A DNA stretch of 63,846 nucleotides, filler included, from Collodictyon triciliatum (GCA_043381765.1; 30 parts of 30 records of this genome joined end to end with filler, not necessarily neighbours in it); one strand, 5' to 3'; positions 1 through 12,893 are shown, counted from the first letter of the whole stretch. The notes: generated by a model not told the origin, from the sequence alone. Numbers and translations are program-made.

Positions 1-200
1 TATTTCTATTTCTATTTCTATTTCTATTTCTATTTCTATTTCTATTTCTATTTCTATTTCTATTTCTATTTCTATTTCTATTTCTATTTCTATTTCTATT
101 TCTATTTCTATTTCTATTTCTTTTTCTATTTCTATTTCTATTTCTATTTCTATTTCTATTTCTATTTCTATTTCTATTTCTATTTCTTTTTCTATTTCTT
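1..200. repeat. (TATTTC)n microsatellite at contig start
   Basis: Directly visible hexamer tandem array that decays into T/C-rich sequence. Confidence 0.95.
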
Positions 201-318
201 TTTCTTTTTCTATTTCTTTTTCTTTTGTTTTCTTTTCCTTTTCTTGTCTTTTCTTTTCCTTTCCTTTTCTTTTCTTGTCTTTTCTTTTCATATCGGTACT
301 AATTACTTTAGAATATAG

Positions 319-687
319 GTATCAATTACGCTACAAAACCGGTATGAGCCCTACTTATTGGATTCTGATGACTCTATGTCTATCAACTGTTGGCTCCTGC
401 TCTACATTTCGTTCTTTGCTGCTCTAGTCCAGCAGCTTGTACCAGGAAACGATTGGATTGCATTTGCCATCATAGCACTCAATGGCATTTTTATTGCGGC
501 CTTCTTGGTGCCGTTGGCATGGAAAATGCTGAAGGCTACACTTAAAAATCTTATTCCGGTGCTGGAAAAGATTGGATTGAGTCAAGATAAGCTCACCATT
601 ATGAAAGAAAAGGCTACGACTTTCATGGATAAAGCTGTGGATTTAATGGAAAATATGCTAAACATCATTTTGAACATGACCATTTAA
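319..687 (+). CDS. Terminal exon of a multi-pass membrane protein (unknown family)
   Basis: AG acceptor at ~317-318, then open frame VSITLQNRYEPYLLDSDDSMSINCWLLLYISFFAAL...IAFAIIALNGIFIAAFLVPLAW with two hydrophobic helices, ending TAA at 687. Confidence 0.55.
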   Translation, partial: VSITLQNRYEPYLLDSDDSMSINCWLLLYISFFAALVQQLVPGNDWIAFAIIALNGIFIAAFLVPLAWKMLKATLKNLIPVLEKIGLSQDKLTIMKEKATTFMDKAVDLMENMLNIILNMTI

Positions 688-1519
688 CCATGGACTGATT
701 CAAAACAGAATAAACATATAATCACCAAAACCCTTCGATCGACCAGCTTTATATACAAAATATGTCGTGCATTAGATTTTTCTATTATTCTGGTTCATAA
801 GTATGTATTTCCATGCAGCTCACGACTGGGCCCGAAAGAATCATCCGGGGACTGAGAAAGTTATTTGTCCACAATTCAGCTTCTTGTCTGGCCATTTTAT
901 TAGCGAGTATGTTTTTATGGATTTTCCCATTTTCCTCTATCTTTTCTCGTGTTTTTCTGAAAACTATGAGAAGAATCATCATAATTGCTATTTGAATAGA
1001 CACATGTACTTTTCCAAATATGCCTTATGTGCGTCTGATGTCTGCATAATTCTTTTTTTTTTGGTTTGGTCTCTTCTCTGAGCTTCATCATTATTAACTT
1101 TCTCCTGTTTCTTTTCGGCTTGGTTTCCGGTCATCAAGACTGCCGCATCGGTTGCTTTTATGGTTTTGTGCGTTTTATCTTGAACTATCAGGTTTAATCT
1201 TAAAGATGAGGTCTGGACTTCAGGGTCAAAGAAACAGCTTGGGTGTATTATGGCGTGCTGATTTGCGATTAGCATATCTGTGTCTTTTGAGCCTTGTGTC
1301 TTGCAAGTTTTATTTGAGGCAAAGGTATTTGTGTGTACATCGCACTGTTTCGTTGCGGCACTTGTGTGGTATTCTAGGGTTTAGATGCCGATACCCGTTG
1401 TGGAGGGGAGTCTTTCTTGGCTGGCAGGTGTTGGCTTTGGGCATGTTATGAAAATTGTTCCAAAGTTCTTTTAATGAAAAAAGGAAACGATAAAGAAAGC
1501 GAGTAAATGAGAAATGAAA

Positions 1520-2050
1520 AAATCATTTATTCGATGCAAAGTTTAAGAAAGTTATGCCATACAAAGGGGCGGGATGGAAGCGCATGGTAGAGAGCAAACG
1601 CGAGTAGGAGAAGACACTACCGTGGAGAGGGTAGCACTGGAAAGAAATCAGTGATAGCGAGTTGGTCAGGTTGGCGACCCAACTGGTTGATTGGTTGCGT
1701 GGGTAGCAGGGGCTGGATATGCTGTGGGAGATATCTTACGACACATTCCCACATCTCTCTTCGCTTGCGGTCAGAGTAGCGAAGAAATGCGAGCGTGTTT
1801 CAGCAGGCTGTTCAGGAAGCTGTATTGCACGAGGCTCTCAAGCATGGATACATTGATTTCTCGTTCGGGTGAATCATTAGAGCGAGAGAATGCGCGCACA
1901 CTCCATAAGGACCACAGCATATGTCCCCTTGTGACTGTCCAGAGTATTCCAGAGTCGTGGGTCATTTGGTATTGTGGGCCAAACAGGATGTCAGACGCGC
2001 TGAGTCGGTTGGGAGCATAATCAAGCTCAGAGAGCATCTTGTGGGTAGAC
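1520..2050 (-). mobile_element. 3' end of an L1/Tx1-like non-LTR retrotransposon (ORF2 C-terminus and 3' UTR)
   Basis: Minus-strand peptide ...DILFG...ILWTVTRGHMLWSLWSVR resembles the post-zf-RVT 'ILFG...W..IW..R' tail of L1-clade ORF2. Minus-strand AATAAA near 1527-1532. Intronless. Confidence 0.5.
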
Positions 2051-2150
2051 NNNNNNNNNNNNNNNNNNNNNNNNNNNNNNNNNNNNNNNNNNNNTTAATT
2101 AATTAANNNNNNNNNNNNNNNNNNNNNNNNNNNNNNNNNNNNNNNNNNNN
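2051..2150. other. Artificial contig spacer N44-TTAATTAATTAA-N44 (first of 29, recurring about every 2.14-2.15 kb up to 62060-62159)
   Basis: Identical 100-nt spacer carrying stops in all six frames, repeated at near-constant intervals. Confidence 0.99.
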
Positions 2151-4031
2151 TGAGAAAGAGTTTCAACCTCGCCTTGTATCTCTCATGCAAGCACAAGACC
2201 CAGGCTACAGGCCAAACCGCAGGATGCAATTCCTGATTACCGACTACTTCTCCGCCACCCGGCCACCAAGTAGCGCCCATGCAAACGATGGCTAGCGAAC
2301 CAAAGCCAACATCCCCACGGTCCTGCACAAAATTGAAAGGAAGGGATAAAAATATTGAATATCCACCCACAAATAAATCTATCACATAGACTGCGGCCAT
2401 GTGATGCACAGAACAGCACACCTTAACAAACCACAGCAAAGCAAACCACAGCAAAGCAAAGGTACACCACCATCATTATACCTCGCCAAAATTATCGCCG
2501 TCTTTTCGCTATCGCCCATGCAAGTTGACTCTTCGGGTAAAACACTGTCGATTACAGCTAATAGCCGGACTTTAAAATTGACTAATGAACAGATAAAAAC
2601 ACAAGAAAATACAAAAGCATTCTGAAAAATAAACGCACCCATGGATTTTATTTTGTTGACAGAAAGTATTATGCATAAGCGGCTTTCCTACCAACAACAA
2701 CTGCGCCGCTTCACAATGGCTTGGTTCATACACGCACGTCCAATACACCAATCACTAATGATTTTATCTTGCTGATACCCCCATCGCAAAGAAAATGACC
2801 ACCATAACAGACAAACAAACCGACGCATCAGAGTCGAGGGTCGCGACGAGCATAAAAGAGGAGGGAAACGAGGCGCCAATTCAAATACTTGTATCTCGAA
2901 TCGAGTCCGCGGACTTCATGACATCTGGCACACGCCGCAGCCGCATACGTGATGCATTGCAACATGACATCCCGCCGAGCTCCTATGTCCGTCAAAAGAT
3001 ATATGAAAACTCGATGGCCATGAGGACATATGTAAGAAGTCATGGCAAATACTCACACAAATCTTTTGATTGAGTATGTATCGAGTTTACAAGCACCCTG
3101 GGTTTTACATCGCGTTTACAGAGGCATTAGCCACCACTCCAAACATCCCCACCCACTTATACCACACTCCGTCGTTCATAAGGTCTTTGAGCAGCCATTA
3201 ATCTTGGGGAGACCTACTTCCCGCAGCAATCCGCTGATTAAGGAGATTGTGCAAGAATACATGTGCAGATGTTGGGGGAGTGATGTACGCAGGGATACGC
3301 CAAAAAGCGAAGACATGCAGATGGAGGCCATGGTTGAAGAAGAGCGGGAATCACATGAGGCAAGAGATGGGGCACATGAAGTATCGAAGCGGAAGGGGAG
3401 GGCAAGACTTCGGGCTTCGAAGCGAGAGGGAATGGTGAAGAAGACAGCAGCAACAGCAGCAGCAGCAGCAGGTGGGATGCAAAAACAAGTAGTGGGAAAG
3501 ATTGAGGATGAAGCCAACAATCGCAAGGAGTAGATTTGTGGCACTGGCCTTGATTGCGCCTATATAATAAAAAAATGAAATAAATTAAATGAATCATGTT
3601 TAAGAAATAAAACAAAACTAAACAAAACTAAACAAAACTAAACAAAATAAAATAAAATAATACCACATGAAACGGGCAAATGATGCAGATTACAAAATCC
3701 AAGCACTGCGCACGCGCGGTGTTGCACGCTCTCTTTTTCTTTTACTCATCATTTCTGTTCTCTTTCCTCTCTTCTCTTCTTGTCTCGGCTTTATAGATTT
3801 CCTCTTCTCCTTATTCATTTAGTTCCTACTATGATTTTCCTCAAAGCCAACACAAGCATATGTCCCGTGAATCCTCGGGCAGAATCAAGCTTGCCCAAGA
3901 CTCGCGTCCTAAACGACGTTTGTTGAAAAGCCGATAGTTTGCTCCTTCGAAACAGAGTTTACCAGTTCTTATAGTTCTGTTTACATTCCTTTTCTATTAC
4001 CTCGAGTCTGCTGCCGCAGGAATATCCACGA

Positions 4032-4079
4032 ATGATCGACTACCACAACAAGCTTGTTCTCGCACCAATGGTTCGCGTT
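4032..4079 (+). CDS. DUS2: tRNA-dihydrouridine(20) synthase DUS2, first coding exon
   Basis: MIDYHNKLVLAPMVRV matches the DUS2 N-terminal motif (YxNKLILAPMVRVG). GTAAGT donor follows at 4080. Confidence 0.85.
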
Positions 4080-4096
4080 GTAAGTAGAGCCACAGG

Positions 4097-4144
<48 letters not shown>

Positions 4145-5669
4145 AGGAAAAAGGCCCCCTTTTGATTTTTTTGTTTTTGGGTTTGGTTATATCCTTTTTT
4201 NNNNNNNNNNNNNNNNNNNNNNNNNNNNNNNNNNNNNNNNNNNNTTAATTAATTAANNNNNNNNNNNNNNNNNNNNNNNNNNNNNNNNNNNNNNNNNNNN
4301 TTTTCTCTTTTTCTCTTTTTCTCTTTTTCTCTTTTTTTCTTTTTTTCTTTTTTTTCTTTTTTTTTCTTTTTTTTCTTTTTTTTTCTTTCTTCTTTTTCCT
4401 TGTCCAAGGAGGCGAGCTTCACAGAATTTTTTTTGATTCCCTGTCGACAAGTACAAATTCATGTTTATTTTTTCATACCTTGAACTTAAATTTATATAGG
4501 CAAATATATCCGGCTCGATTGGGTATGTACCTCGTGCGTATATCCCAATCACAGATATTCCTGATGCAGATGCCTCAACAGACGTCATTGCAATACGCGA
4601 TTACACAGCTCAAAACTCGGGTCAGAAATGTTTTTATTTATGCGGATTATTTCCTCTGCTTTAGTCGATTTAACAGAGGAGGTTTATGTATGATGTGGTT
4701 GTTTTATTCTTTTCCTTCTTATTTGATTAAGATGAGATATTTGTATGTGTGTTGTTTTTCTTACTATTCAAATAGTTCATAATAAACTTTACTGCATATG
4801 CATTTATTGCTTTGAAGAAAAGAAAAAAGAGAATAGGCTTGTAACCTCCTGAGATAAATACTTTTATGTATGTGTATAATCCATGCTATTATGTTGATTG
4901 TTTCATATACATATTACTCAGACGAGCTAAGTTTCCCAAAGTTTGCTGTCATCACACTACTGGATAAGAGTGGGAAAACACATTGGAAAGGGCGCTATGA
5001 TGGAAAAGTTTTTTCTTTGTTTTCATATACTGCGAAAAAAAAATCGAATTTTGCTCAATGTTCTACCTTTTTTTCATATTATCCTTCTTTTTTTTAAAAA
5101 AAAAAAATGAAAGAGATGAAATCTATTAACACGTCCCTTCTTAAACCAGGTAGGCTTCTTCCCACGCCACCTCGTCGAGCCACTCCTAGGCCAGAGGCTC
5201 CAAGATAAGTAATATATTTATATGTACACATATGGGAAATGGATGGATCTAATTTGTTTTCGAACTGGGCATCGAGTCAAAGTCAAGTGAATGTCACAGC
5301 TACATGATTGATTTCAGAACTCAATAGACCCCTTTACAACAAGCATTTGTATGTTCATTTATTTCTTTTCCATCTATTTTAATTAATTTTTATTTATTTA
5401 GTGCCCTTGCCAACTTTTTCAAAGATAGAAAAGTGTTTAACAGGGAAGAGGTAATCGAGTTTGAGTATGCTGCAGTGAAGAATTTTTTCATGGAAAGGGC
5501 AGGTTGGTACATGAATTGATGCAGTTGCTATCACACATACCTTTATAATATTCTCTGGCCTCTTCATATCCATTTTATTCTGAAGGCGTATCATTCATCC
5601 AATTTTATTTTTCTACTTTGATATATCAAGGAATTTTATTTTTCAAATAGTATTATCCTAAATTACTAG

Positions 5670-6205
5670 GCTATACGAAAAATTTATACAGTTATTATTC
5701 TACTGTTAATGTTGTTGGTTATGCTGATGTCGATACCATGAGCAACGCACAATTTATATCGTTTGCCAAAGAATGCAAGCTTATTACGCCTCAATTAAGA
5801 CCCGGTGAGATGGAACTATCAATTAAACTTGAGACACATTCATATTGATCCCCGGCTCTTTTGCTTTTGCTTTTGCTTTTGCTTTTTCTTGTTTGAATTA
5901 ATAAGAATGCGCTAATATATGAATGGATATTTCATCTTTAGATAAAAGTGTCCGAACACGTTCCTTCCTTAATTATTTATACCTTGTTTCGATGCATTCA
6001 GCCTTATTTTCATTTATTCAAATGCAGCTGACCTGGATATCATCTTCGTGGCCTCTCACGCAAAGGTTTTGGATCCAGACGAGGTTTAAATTTCATCGAT
6101 GAACTGTTAAGATTTAAAATATATGCATATGACAAATTTTGAATTTGCCAACCCACCAGAAAAAAGAATCTGAGAAAACCATGTCCATACAAGAGTTTCT
6201 AGCAG
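5670..6205 (+). CDS. Exons of an EF-hand-like/p25-alpha-like protein (partial)
   Basis: GT-AG spliced peptide YTKNLYSYYSTV...DTMSNAQFISFAKECKLITPQLRPADLDIIFVAS...KTMSIQEFLA, a pattern typical of EF-hand-like flagellar/TPPP-related proteins. Confidence 0.5.
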
Positions 6206-6449
6206 GTATCACACAGTTTTGTAATGATGCTTATATTACTTTTTGTTTTTGTTTTTATTTTTTGTTTTTATTTTTTGTTTTTATTTTTTGTTTTTATTTT
6301 TTGTTTTTATTTTTTGTTTTTATTTTTTGTTTTTATTTTTTGTTTTTATNNNNNNNNNNNNNNNNNNNNNNNNNNNNNNNNNNNNNNNNNNNNTTAATTA
6401 ATTAANNNNNNNNNNNNNNNNNNNNNNNNNNNNNNNNNNNNNNNNNNNN

Positions 6450-7195
6450 TTCACTGTCTGAAAAAGTATCACGAGAAGCTACTTCAGTGTTCCTGTGATT
6501 GTCACATTGTGGTTGTAGGAACCAGATGTGCGTTTTTTTTATTCAGATATCGGTTATAGAGCATTTTCAGTTAAACATGATCTGTTGTTACTTTAGTATT
6601 TCTTAATTTTAGTATATCCCAGCTGATTTTTTTTCTCCTTCTAACTGCATTCATAGTGGATTTGGTGAAAGAGAATTCAGAAAACCGTGCTATAAACCCG
6701 AAAGTGGCACAGGCATACGCATCATCAATAGGTTGTCCACTCTTTATATCACTAACCACAGTTCAGACTCCTTCTGGGTGGGTTGTACTATATCTAAATA
6801 TTGTAAGTATCTTTTCTGTCATGAAAGATGTCTTTTTCATTTAGGAGGAAGCTTCTTTGAAACCTCATCGAAGGAATATATTAATGTTGATGATATATTT
6901 CGGGATATAATCCAGTCTTACAAAAAAAATCGGTATAACGTCGTGTCCAAATGAAACAAATCACAATATTGTATGCTTCTTCTACTTGGATATACTCCTA
7001 TTCAACTCTCCGCAACGTAACACTTTCATATGAATATATATAGTTAATATAATGAAATATAGGAGTACGGCTAGTGCTAGCGCAGCCCCGGCTTCAGAGG
7101 CACCCAATTCAACCACAAAAGTTACTATCATCAATTCTGACCAAATAGGTGCAAAGTCACAAAACACACCTCCGACAAAAACGTGCGAGTGTTGA
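6450..7195 (+). CDS. Rab-family small GTPase, Rab24-like, C-terminal four exons
   Basis: Exons 6450-6527, 6657-6731, 6845-6932 and 7063-7195 give ...CHIVVVGTRLDLVKE...AYASSIGGSFFETSSKEYINVDDIF...KTCEC*, with a G5 box (FETSSK) and a CxC prenylation motif. Confidence 0.8.
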
Positions 7196-7463
7196 GATTA
7201 GCTATATGAAGGCTTTTAAACAAATATGATACAGTTACGCTACTTCTTTTTTTCTTGTCTCAGAGCAAGATGCGTGGTCATGCTTACAGCTAAGCGTCTT
7301 AGCCATAACCAAACACCGCAATTATTTTCCTTAAGGCAATCGTAAAGATAAATGAAATTACAGTATTTGAATATTTATGTATAATAGAAAACACACTCCA
7401 TAATGTGGCATAATAACTTTACATCAGAATGATTAGTCGATAGTACCCTTTATATTTAATTAT

Positions 7464-8363
7464 CTATATAATTGTTATGATATTTCTTGCGACCCGCTTG
7501 AGTGTTATTCCGATTGGGGGGTGAATCACGATGTTTTGGTGTCTCCCTTTGTTGCAAAGTATTGCTTTGTGTATCAGAGTAACTGCGCGATGGTGAATCT
7601 CTTTGTTGCAAAGTATTTCTTTGTGTATCCGAGTAGCTGCGTGGAGGTGTTTCCCTTTGTTGCGCAGTATTCCTTTGTGCATCAGAGTAACTGCGCGATG
7701 GTGAATCCCTTTGTTGCACAGTAATCCCCTGGCCACCAAACTCAGCACCCGAAGACACACGACCTTCATCCTCGAGCCCAGCACCCAGGCTGCTAAGGAG
7801 CGCGTCAGAGCAAAATACTCGCGAATGATGTTCTTCTCCCTGGGGCCACGCTTGACCTGGGGCAGCCACCTGAGCGCAAGCGCAACCTCGTCGAGCGGCA
7901 CAAAGACATGGGCCGAGTTCCGCTGCTGATGGCCGGGCGCTTTGCACCCGCGATCGTTTCTTCCCTGACTCCGCGAAAGCACCGCAAACCCGCAGTGCGT
8001 GCAGACCCGTAACTCACCAGCCTTGACGAGACTCAGAAAGCCCGGACGCACAGCGCCTTCTTCCTCGGCCTCGCGCTCTTCAGGCGGCGGCACAGAGAGC
8101 AGCTTCTTCAGCACAGGATCTGGATCGCGCGCTGGGACAATTGCTCGGCGCTTTTGCGGCGTGCGCCTCCACTGAGTAAGAGCAGAGCTCGGCGTTTGGG
8201 CAGGGCTGATCGGCTTCCACGGCGGGCGCTGGCTTGGGAGTGAGCGGTGTTGAACGAAGATCGCCGGGCGGAGAAGGCGCAGAGAGAAGAGCATAGAAGA
8301 AAACAGGCTGCGCTCTTTTGTGGGTGTGTGTTGGTGTGGGTGTGAGTGTGTGCGTGTCGGCAA
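7464..8363 (-). CDS. Intronless GC-rich ORF with CxxC...C...H motif and C-terminal 18-aa repeats; function unknown, possibly mobile-element derived
   Basis: 299-aa ORF containing CTHC...GCKAPGH...H. Its 3' part is a ~54-bp tandem repeat. Confidence 0.3.
   Translation of the reverse strand: MPTRTHSHPHQHTPTKERSLFSSMLFSLRLLRPAIFVQHRSLPSQRPPWKPISPAQTPSSALTQWRRTPQKRRAIVPARDPDPVLKKLLSVPPPEEREAEEEGAVRPGFLSLVKAGELRVCTHCGFAVLSRSQGRNDRGCKAPGHQQRNSAHVFVPLDEVALALRWLPQVKRGPREKNIIREYFALTRSLAAWVLGSRMKVVCLRVLSLVARGLLCNKGIHHRAVTLMHKGILRNKGKHLHAATRIHKEILCNKEIHHRAVTLIHKAILCNKGRHQNIVIHPPIGITLKRVARNIITII
7545..7725. repeat. ~54-bp tandem repeat, about 3.3 copies
   Basis: Unit like ctttgttgcaaagtattgctttgtgtatcagagtaactgcgcgatggtgaatct recurs at ~7547, 7601, 7655 and 7709. 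Confidence 0.85.
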
Positions 8364-8862
8364 GTTGGCAGGTGGGGGGAGTTTGCTTGTGTTCTCGGCC
8401 GGGTTTCTTTATGCTCGGTGGAGCGCTTCGAGCCTGCGGGTGAGTTGCTGTGAGCGGCGCTTCTGCCAGTACTCTGACCGGATGGTGTCTGTGTCGGCNN
8501 NNNNNNNNNNNNNNNNNNNNNNNNNNNNNNNNNNNNNNNNNNTTAATTAATTAANNNNNNNNNNNNNNNNNNNNNNNNNNNNNNNNNNNNNNNNNNNNAT
8601 TTTTTATTCTATTTTTTATTCTATTTTTTATTCTATTTTTTATTCTATTTTTTATCCTATTTTTTATTCTATTTTTTATTCTATTTTTATTCTATTTTTA
8701 TTCTATTTTTATTCTATTTTTATTCTATTTTTATTCTATTTTTTATTCTATTTTTTATTCTATTTTTTATTCTATTTTTATTCCACACTTCCTTTATGTT
8801 TACTTAATGCTTACTTAATACTTACATGATGCCTCATTCTTTTCTGTTTAATCAAACCATAG

Positions 8863-10430
8863 TATAAATCACGAGTGCTTCGTCAATTAATTCTGCTTCA
8901 AACATCCCCAAAACAACGCAGTTCTTTCTCCAAAGCCGGGCGCACTGCACCAACTAACCCCACACTACGCCCGCATCCGCCCAACTCGTCCCCGTCGCAC
9001 TCATCATCTACACCACTATTATCAGTGGGGGAATCTGCATCTCCAAAGCAGCGCCCTGCGTCAATAAGTGCAAGTAGAATCGCCTCAATCGGCCAACTTG
9101 GACGCCAAGAATTGGGCCTCATAGACAAAGCTGCCATCCCCCTGAGCGATAGAGCATCACCCATCGACATACAGTCAATCGCATCTCTCATAGATGCGAA
9201 AACAAGAGGGTCTAAAACACATCAGTCTTTGTCGGATGGAAAGAACATAATCCTGTCCGATACCGTTAGGCTTGAACTACCTTCGTCGAACTCAGGGGAC
9301 GCAAACTCCCCAATAATGCCCCATAAACATGCACAACTTCTCAGAAGCACATCTTTTAAAGCCGATGCTCCGATATCCCCAAAGACACCTGTTCCTCGCC
9401 ATTCGGTCAGCATCAGAGTCACGTCAGAGCCAAGTGGCCAAATGGAAAAGTAACTCTTTTTACCCATAAAAACATATCTGCGTAATATTTTTCTCACATA
9501 TCTTACAGTTTGAGTGCATGTAATGTAGGGAATATTTCTTCAATTTTCTTTAAAATAATAATAATAATAATAATCCAAGGTGTCCTCCTCCTTTACAAAT
9601 CCCAAAAATACAAGACTTTGAGTAAGTTTAAGATGCATGAAGCACTTGTATTGAGAACACTTTCTTAATGATGATAAATTTGACTGCTATGTTTTTGTAA
9701 CTATTTGGTTCATTCAAATATTTCATTATCATTATTCTGGTCATCTATAAAGAGAATACGATGAAGAGGTTAGACGCCACTTTCGTCGTGAAAATGTCGT
9801 AACTCCATGTAATGCTAGATATATGTATTATTATCTTAATGATAAAATAAAAAATCAGACACTACTTTTATTTCGTTTCATGCCAGAACATTCTTACATT
9901 CAAAAGATATACTATTTGTTTTCTATCATCTAAAAAAAAGTTGAAAACTGGTATGTATAGCTCGCCGAATAAAGTTTGTCGAGTTGAACACAAATGTATT
10001 CCCTATGGACTCCCCGTATTTTGAGGCCCTTAAACAATACCAAGAGAAGGCATCATATACACCACCGGCCCAGTCTACCATAGTTCGATCCCCGTCGAAT
10101 ACATCTTTTGTTCCTCCCGTGTTTCCAAAGTCGCCCAGCCTATACTCCAACAGGTCCTCGGAAAATGAGGCTACCGAAAAGGCTGTAAGAGTAACGATAA
10201 TTTCCTGATTACATTATTAGACCGTTTTTTATTCGCTTTACAGATGAATTTGATAATCCCACAACACAATTACACGAGATTTTGGATGATTAAATCTAAA
10301 GTCAACATTATGACAATATTCTATGTATTGTACCTAGGGCCAAGAGTTTCCGGAATCAACAGACGAAGATGAGAACCAAGGCATAAACTCCCAGGAAGAC
10401 GAAGAAAAAGTCGATTTCAAAAGCTGCCAG
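8863..10430 (+). CDS. Multi-exon Ser/Pro-rich protein fragment, unknown function
   Basis: Long low-complexity exon 8863-9450 ending at a GTAA donor, plus further AG/GT-bounded open segments near 9961-10184 and 10338-10430. Confidence 0.45.
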
Positions 10431-10604
10431 GTAATCTCAACTACAAAGCAAACCTTTTATTTATTTATTTTATTCCCTTTTTATTATTGGTACCGATATT
10501 CATGGTTAATTGAAAAAAAATATTTGAAAGAGATAACACTGGTATTTAATCGTAAAAAAAAAAAAAAAAAAAAAAAAAGCGGGAGGGTAAAAAGTGGAGA
10601 ATGT

Positions 10605-10646
<42 letters not shown>

Positions 10647-10746
10647 NNNNNNNNNNNNNNNNNNNNNNNNNNNNNNNNNNNNNNNNNNNNTTAATTAATT
10701 AANNNNNNNNNNNNNNNNNNNNNNNNNNNNNNNNNNNNNNNNNNNN

Positions 10747-10884
10747 AAGAAGAAAAGAAAAGAAAAGAAAAGAAAAAAAGAAAAGAAAAGAAAAGAAAAG
10801 AAAAGAAAAGAAAAGAAAAGAAAAGAAAAGAAAAGAAAAGAAAAGAAAAGAAAAGAAAAGAAAAGAAAAGAAAAGAAAAGAAAA
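10747..10884. repeat. (AAAAG)n microsatellite
   Basis: Directly visible. Confidence 0.95.
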
Positions 10885-10946
10885 GGGGGAAGAGAGTTGA
10901 GTTAGATCAATCAAAACAAACTGAAATGTAATGTTTCTCAACCAAC

Positions 10947-12540
10947 CTGCGGATTCGCATATCCATTTGTGTCATGACTTCAGCGATGGCTGTTTTGACA
11001 TTTAGGTCGTCTTGAATTGTTTCCAACTGAGGATATAATTTTTTTCAACGATTAATCAATAAGCACAAATGTAAATTCCTCAAAAATAAATAGGTCATCT
11101 ACAATCGTTTATGCGCTATCTCAAGCATGAAATCTTGAAACCATACTCTCCCAAAACTATGGTAGTATGCACATTCGATCAGCTTGTCTTGCACCAAAAC
11201 TTTTGCCTAATCAAACGAAAGTGTTTTTGTCTCAGTATACAAGGCAATAAACACAAAACATGGAATGTCTTAATCTACTGTATTGCAGAGAAATCGTATT
11301 TGTTGGGGTTTAATTTAGGATGAATGATACATAAACGCAGAGCATTATAAATAAAATACCACAGAGGAGTTTGCTAATATCTTCGAGTGCAGGAATGAAG
11401 AGGGATGCATTGCATCTAAAAGGCGGGCAACCATTCGAAGGCACATGGTCGTACTTGTCATCAGAATATCTTGAAGGCCGTCCGATATCTGCAAAAAAAA
11501 ATCATTTATGTTTACTTGTTTTCTTCGATCCAAAAAAAAAATCATCAACGGAAAAAAAACATCAAAAATATACTTCAGTATAGAGCACTTGTATATTTTT
11601 GTTTATGGAAAGAGTAAAGAGGGGACGAAACCATCTTTCTTAGCAGCCTTTTTTCTGAGCTGTGCAACTTCCAGGGCCCATCTGTGGCTTTCACCATGCC
11701 CCATGCAGGCTTCACAGAAATTAAGTTGTTGTAAGGGAAGCGAAATATATACCATTGATTTATCTTCATAAAAATAAAAAAGAGAGAAGAAAGTACAATT
11801 GGGGAGGGTGAGTCTGTGTGCGTCACGTTGGAATCCCCACTGGACAAACTTAGACAAGTAGACATATCAATAGGACTTAAGATGACCTACACATCAAGCA
11901 ATATGAATTTTTACGCAAGATTGGGTTACATGCCAACACATAGAATATGAGTTCAATGTAAAGGCAAAGCTATCAACCTTTTTATTTATATTACGAGCAT
12001 AATTCAGAGAAACAGGTTTTCCAAGGACCGATGCTTCCCCATGCAAACTGAAAGATGTAGCTTTTTTTCTGTCCTTCACATGGAGTGCATTTCCAGGACA
12101 AATAAATAAACAGTCCATATGATTTTAATTCATTCTTAGAGACATATGAAAACAAACCAAACTAATAATGAAAAATTGCAGAACAGACCAGTTCACTGAT
12201 TCCATATAAAAATGCAAAAGAAATCGAAATATACGAGGATAACTCTCTTGCTAGATTTACTGAGAAGTCCACCAAACTTTGTGATGGTCAACGGTCTGTA
12301 TAGGAAAATATTATTGCACAATCTAGCTCAATTATCATCGATACATACTTTTAATTATTGTTTCGTCAAAAATTAGGCAACGAATTTCTGAGAAGTAAGC
12401 AATTGATAAGCGTTTCATTAACTGCACGACAGAATATACTAACCCGCCCTGAAAGCTGGAATTCAAGCTATTCGTTCGGTCTATTCCCCTTTGTATATAC
12501 CCATATGCGATACTTTGTCTAGAATACTTTACATTTTCAA
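10947..12540 (-). CDS. Probable Slo/BK-type K+ channel cytoplasmic RCK2 region (multi-exon, partial)
   Basis: Peptides LFICPGNALHVKD, DILMTSTTMCLRMVARLL and QDKLIECAYYHSFGRVWFQDF occur in the order and style of BK RCK2 motifs (GxPLxxxDL; DxxTI; LDSLMxxxYFN). Divergent. Confidence 0.45.
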
Positions 12541-12693
12541 ATAATCCTATTGAATGAAGGGAAAAGAGGATAAACCGGCGATTTTTTCCTCGTTATTTTG
12601 GGTGAATTGATATTGGAGTCCAACACTTGAAAAATAAATAAATTGTGATACCACTAAAAAAAACAATCAAATATTGATAGTAACCTTGTGTAT

Positions 12694-12793
12694 TAAAACC
12701 ATAAAACCATAAAACCATAAAACCATAAAACCATAAAACCATAAAACCATAAAACCATAAAACCATAAAACCATAAAACCATAAAACCATAAA
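12694..12793. repeat. (TAAAACCA)n octamer array
   Basis: Directly visible. Confidence 0.95.
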
Positions 12794-12893
12794 NNNNNNN
12801 NNNNNNNNNNNNNNNNNNNNNNNNNNNNNNNNNNNNNTTAATTAATTAANNNNNNNNNNNNNNNNNNNNNNNNNNNNNNNNNNNNNNNNNNNN

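Noticed and set aside
2095-2106. Regularly spaced TTAATTAATTAA palindrome suggesting a CRISPR-like or biological repeat
   Set aside because: Embedded in N-runs at every join; it is an artificial six-frame-stop linker
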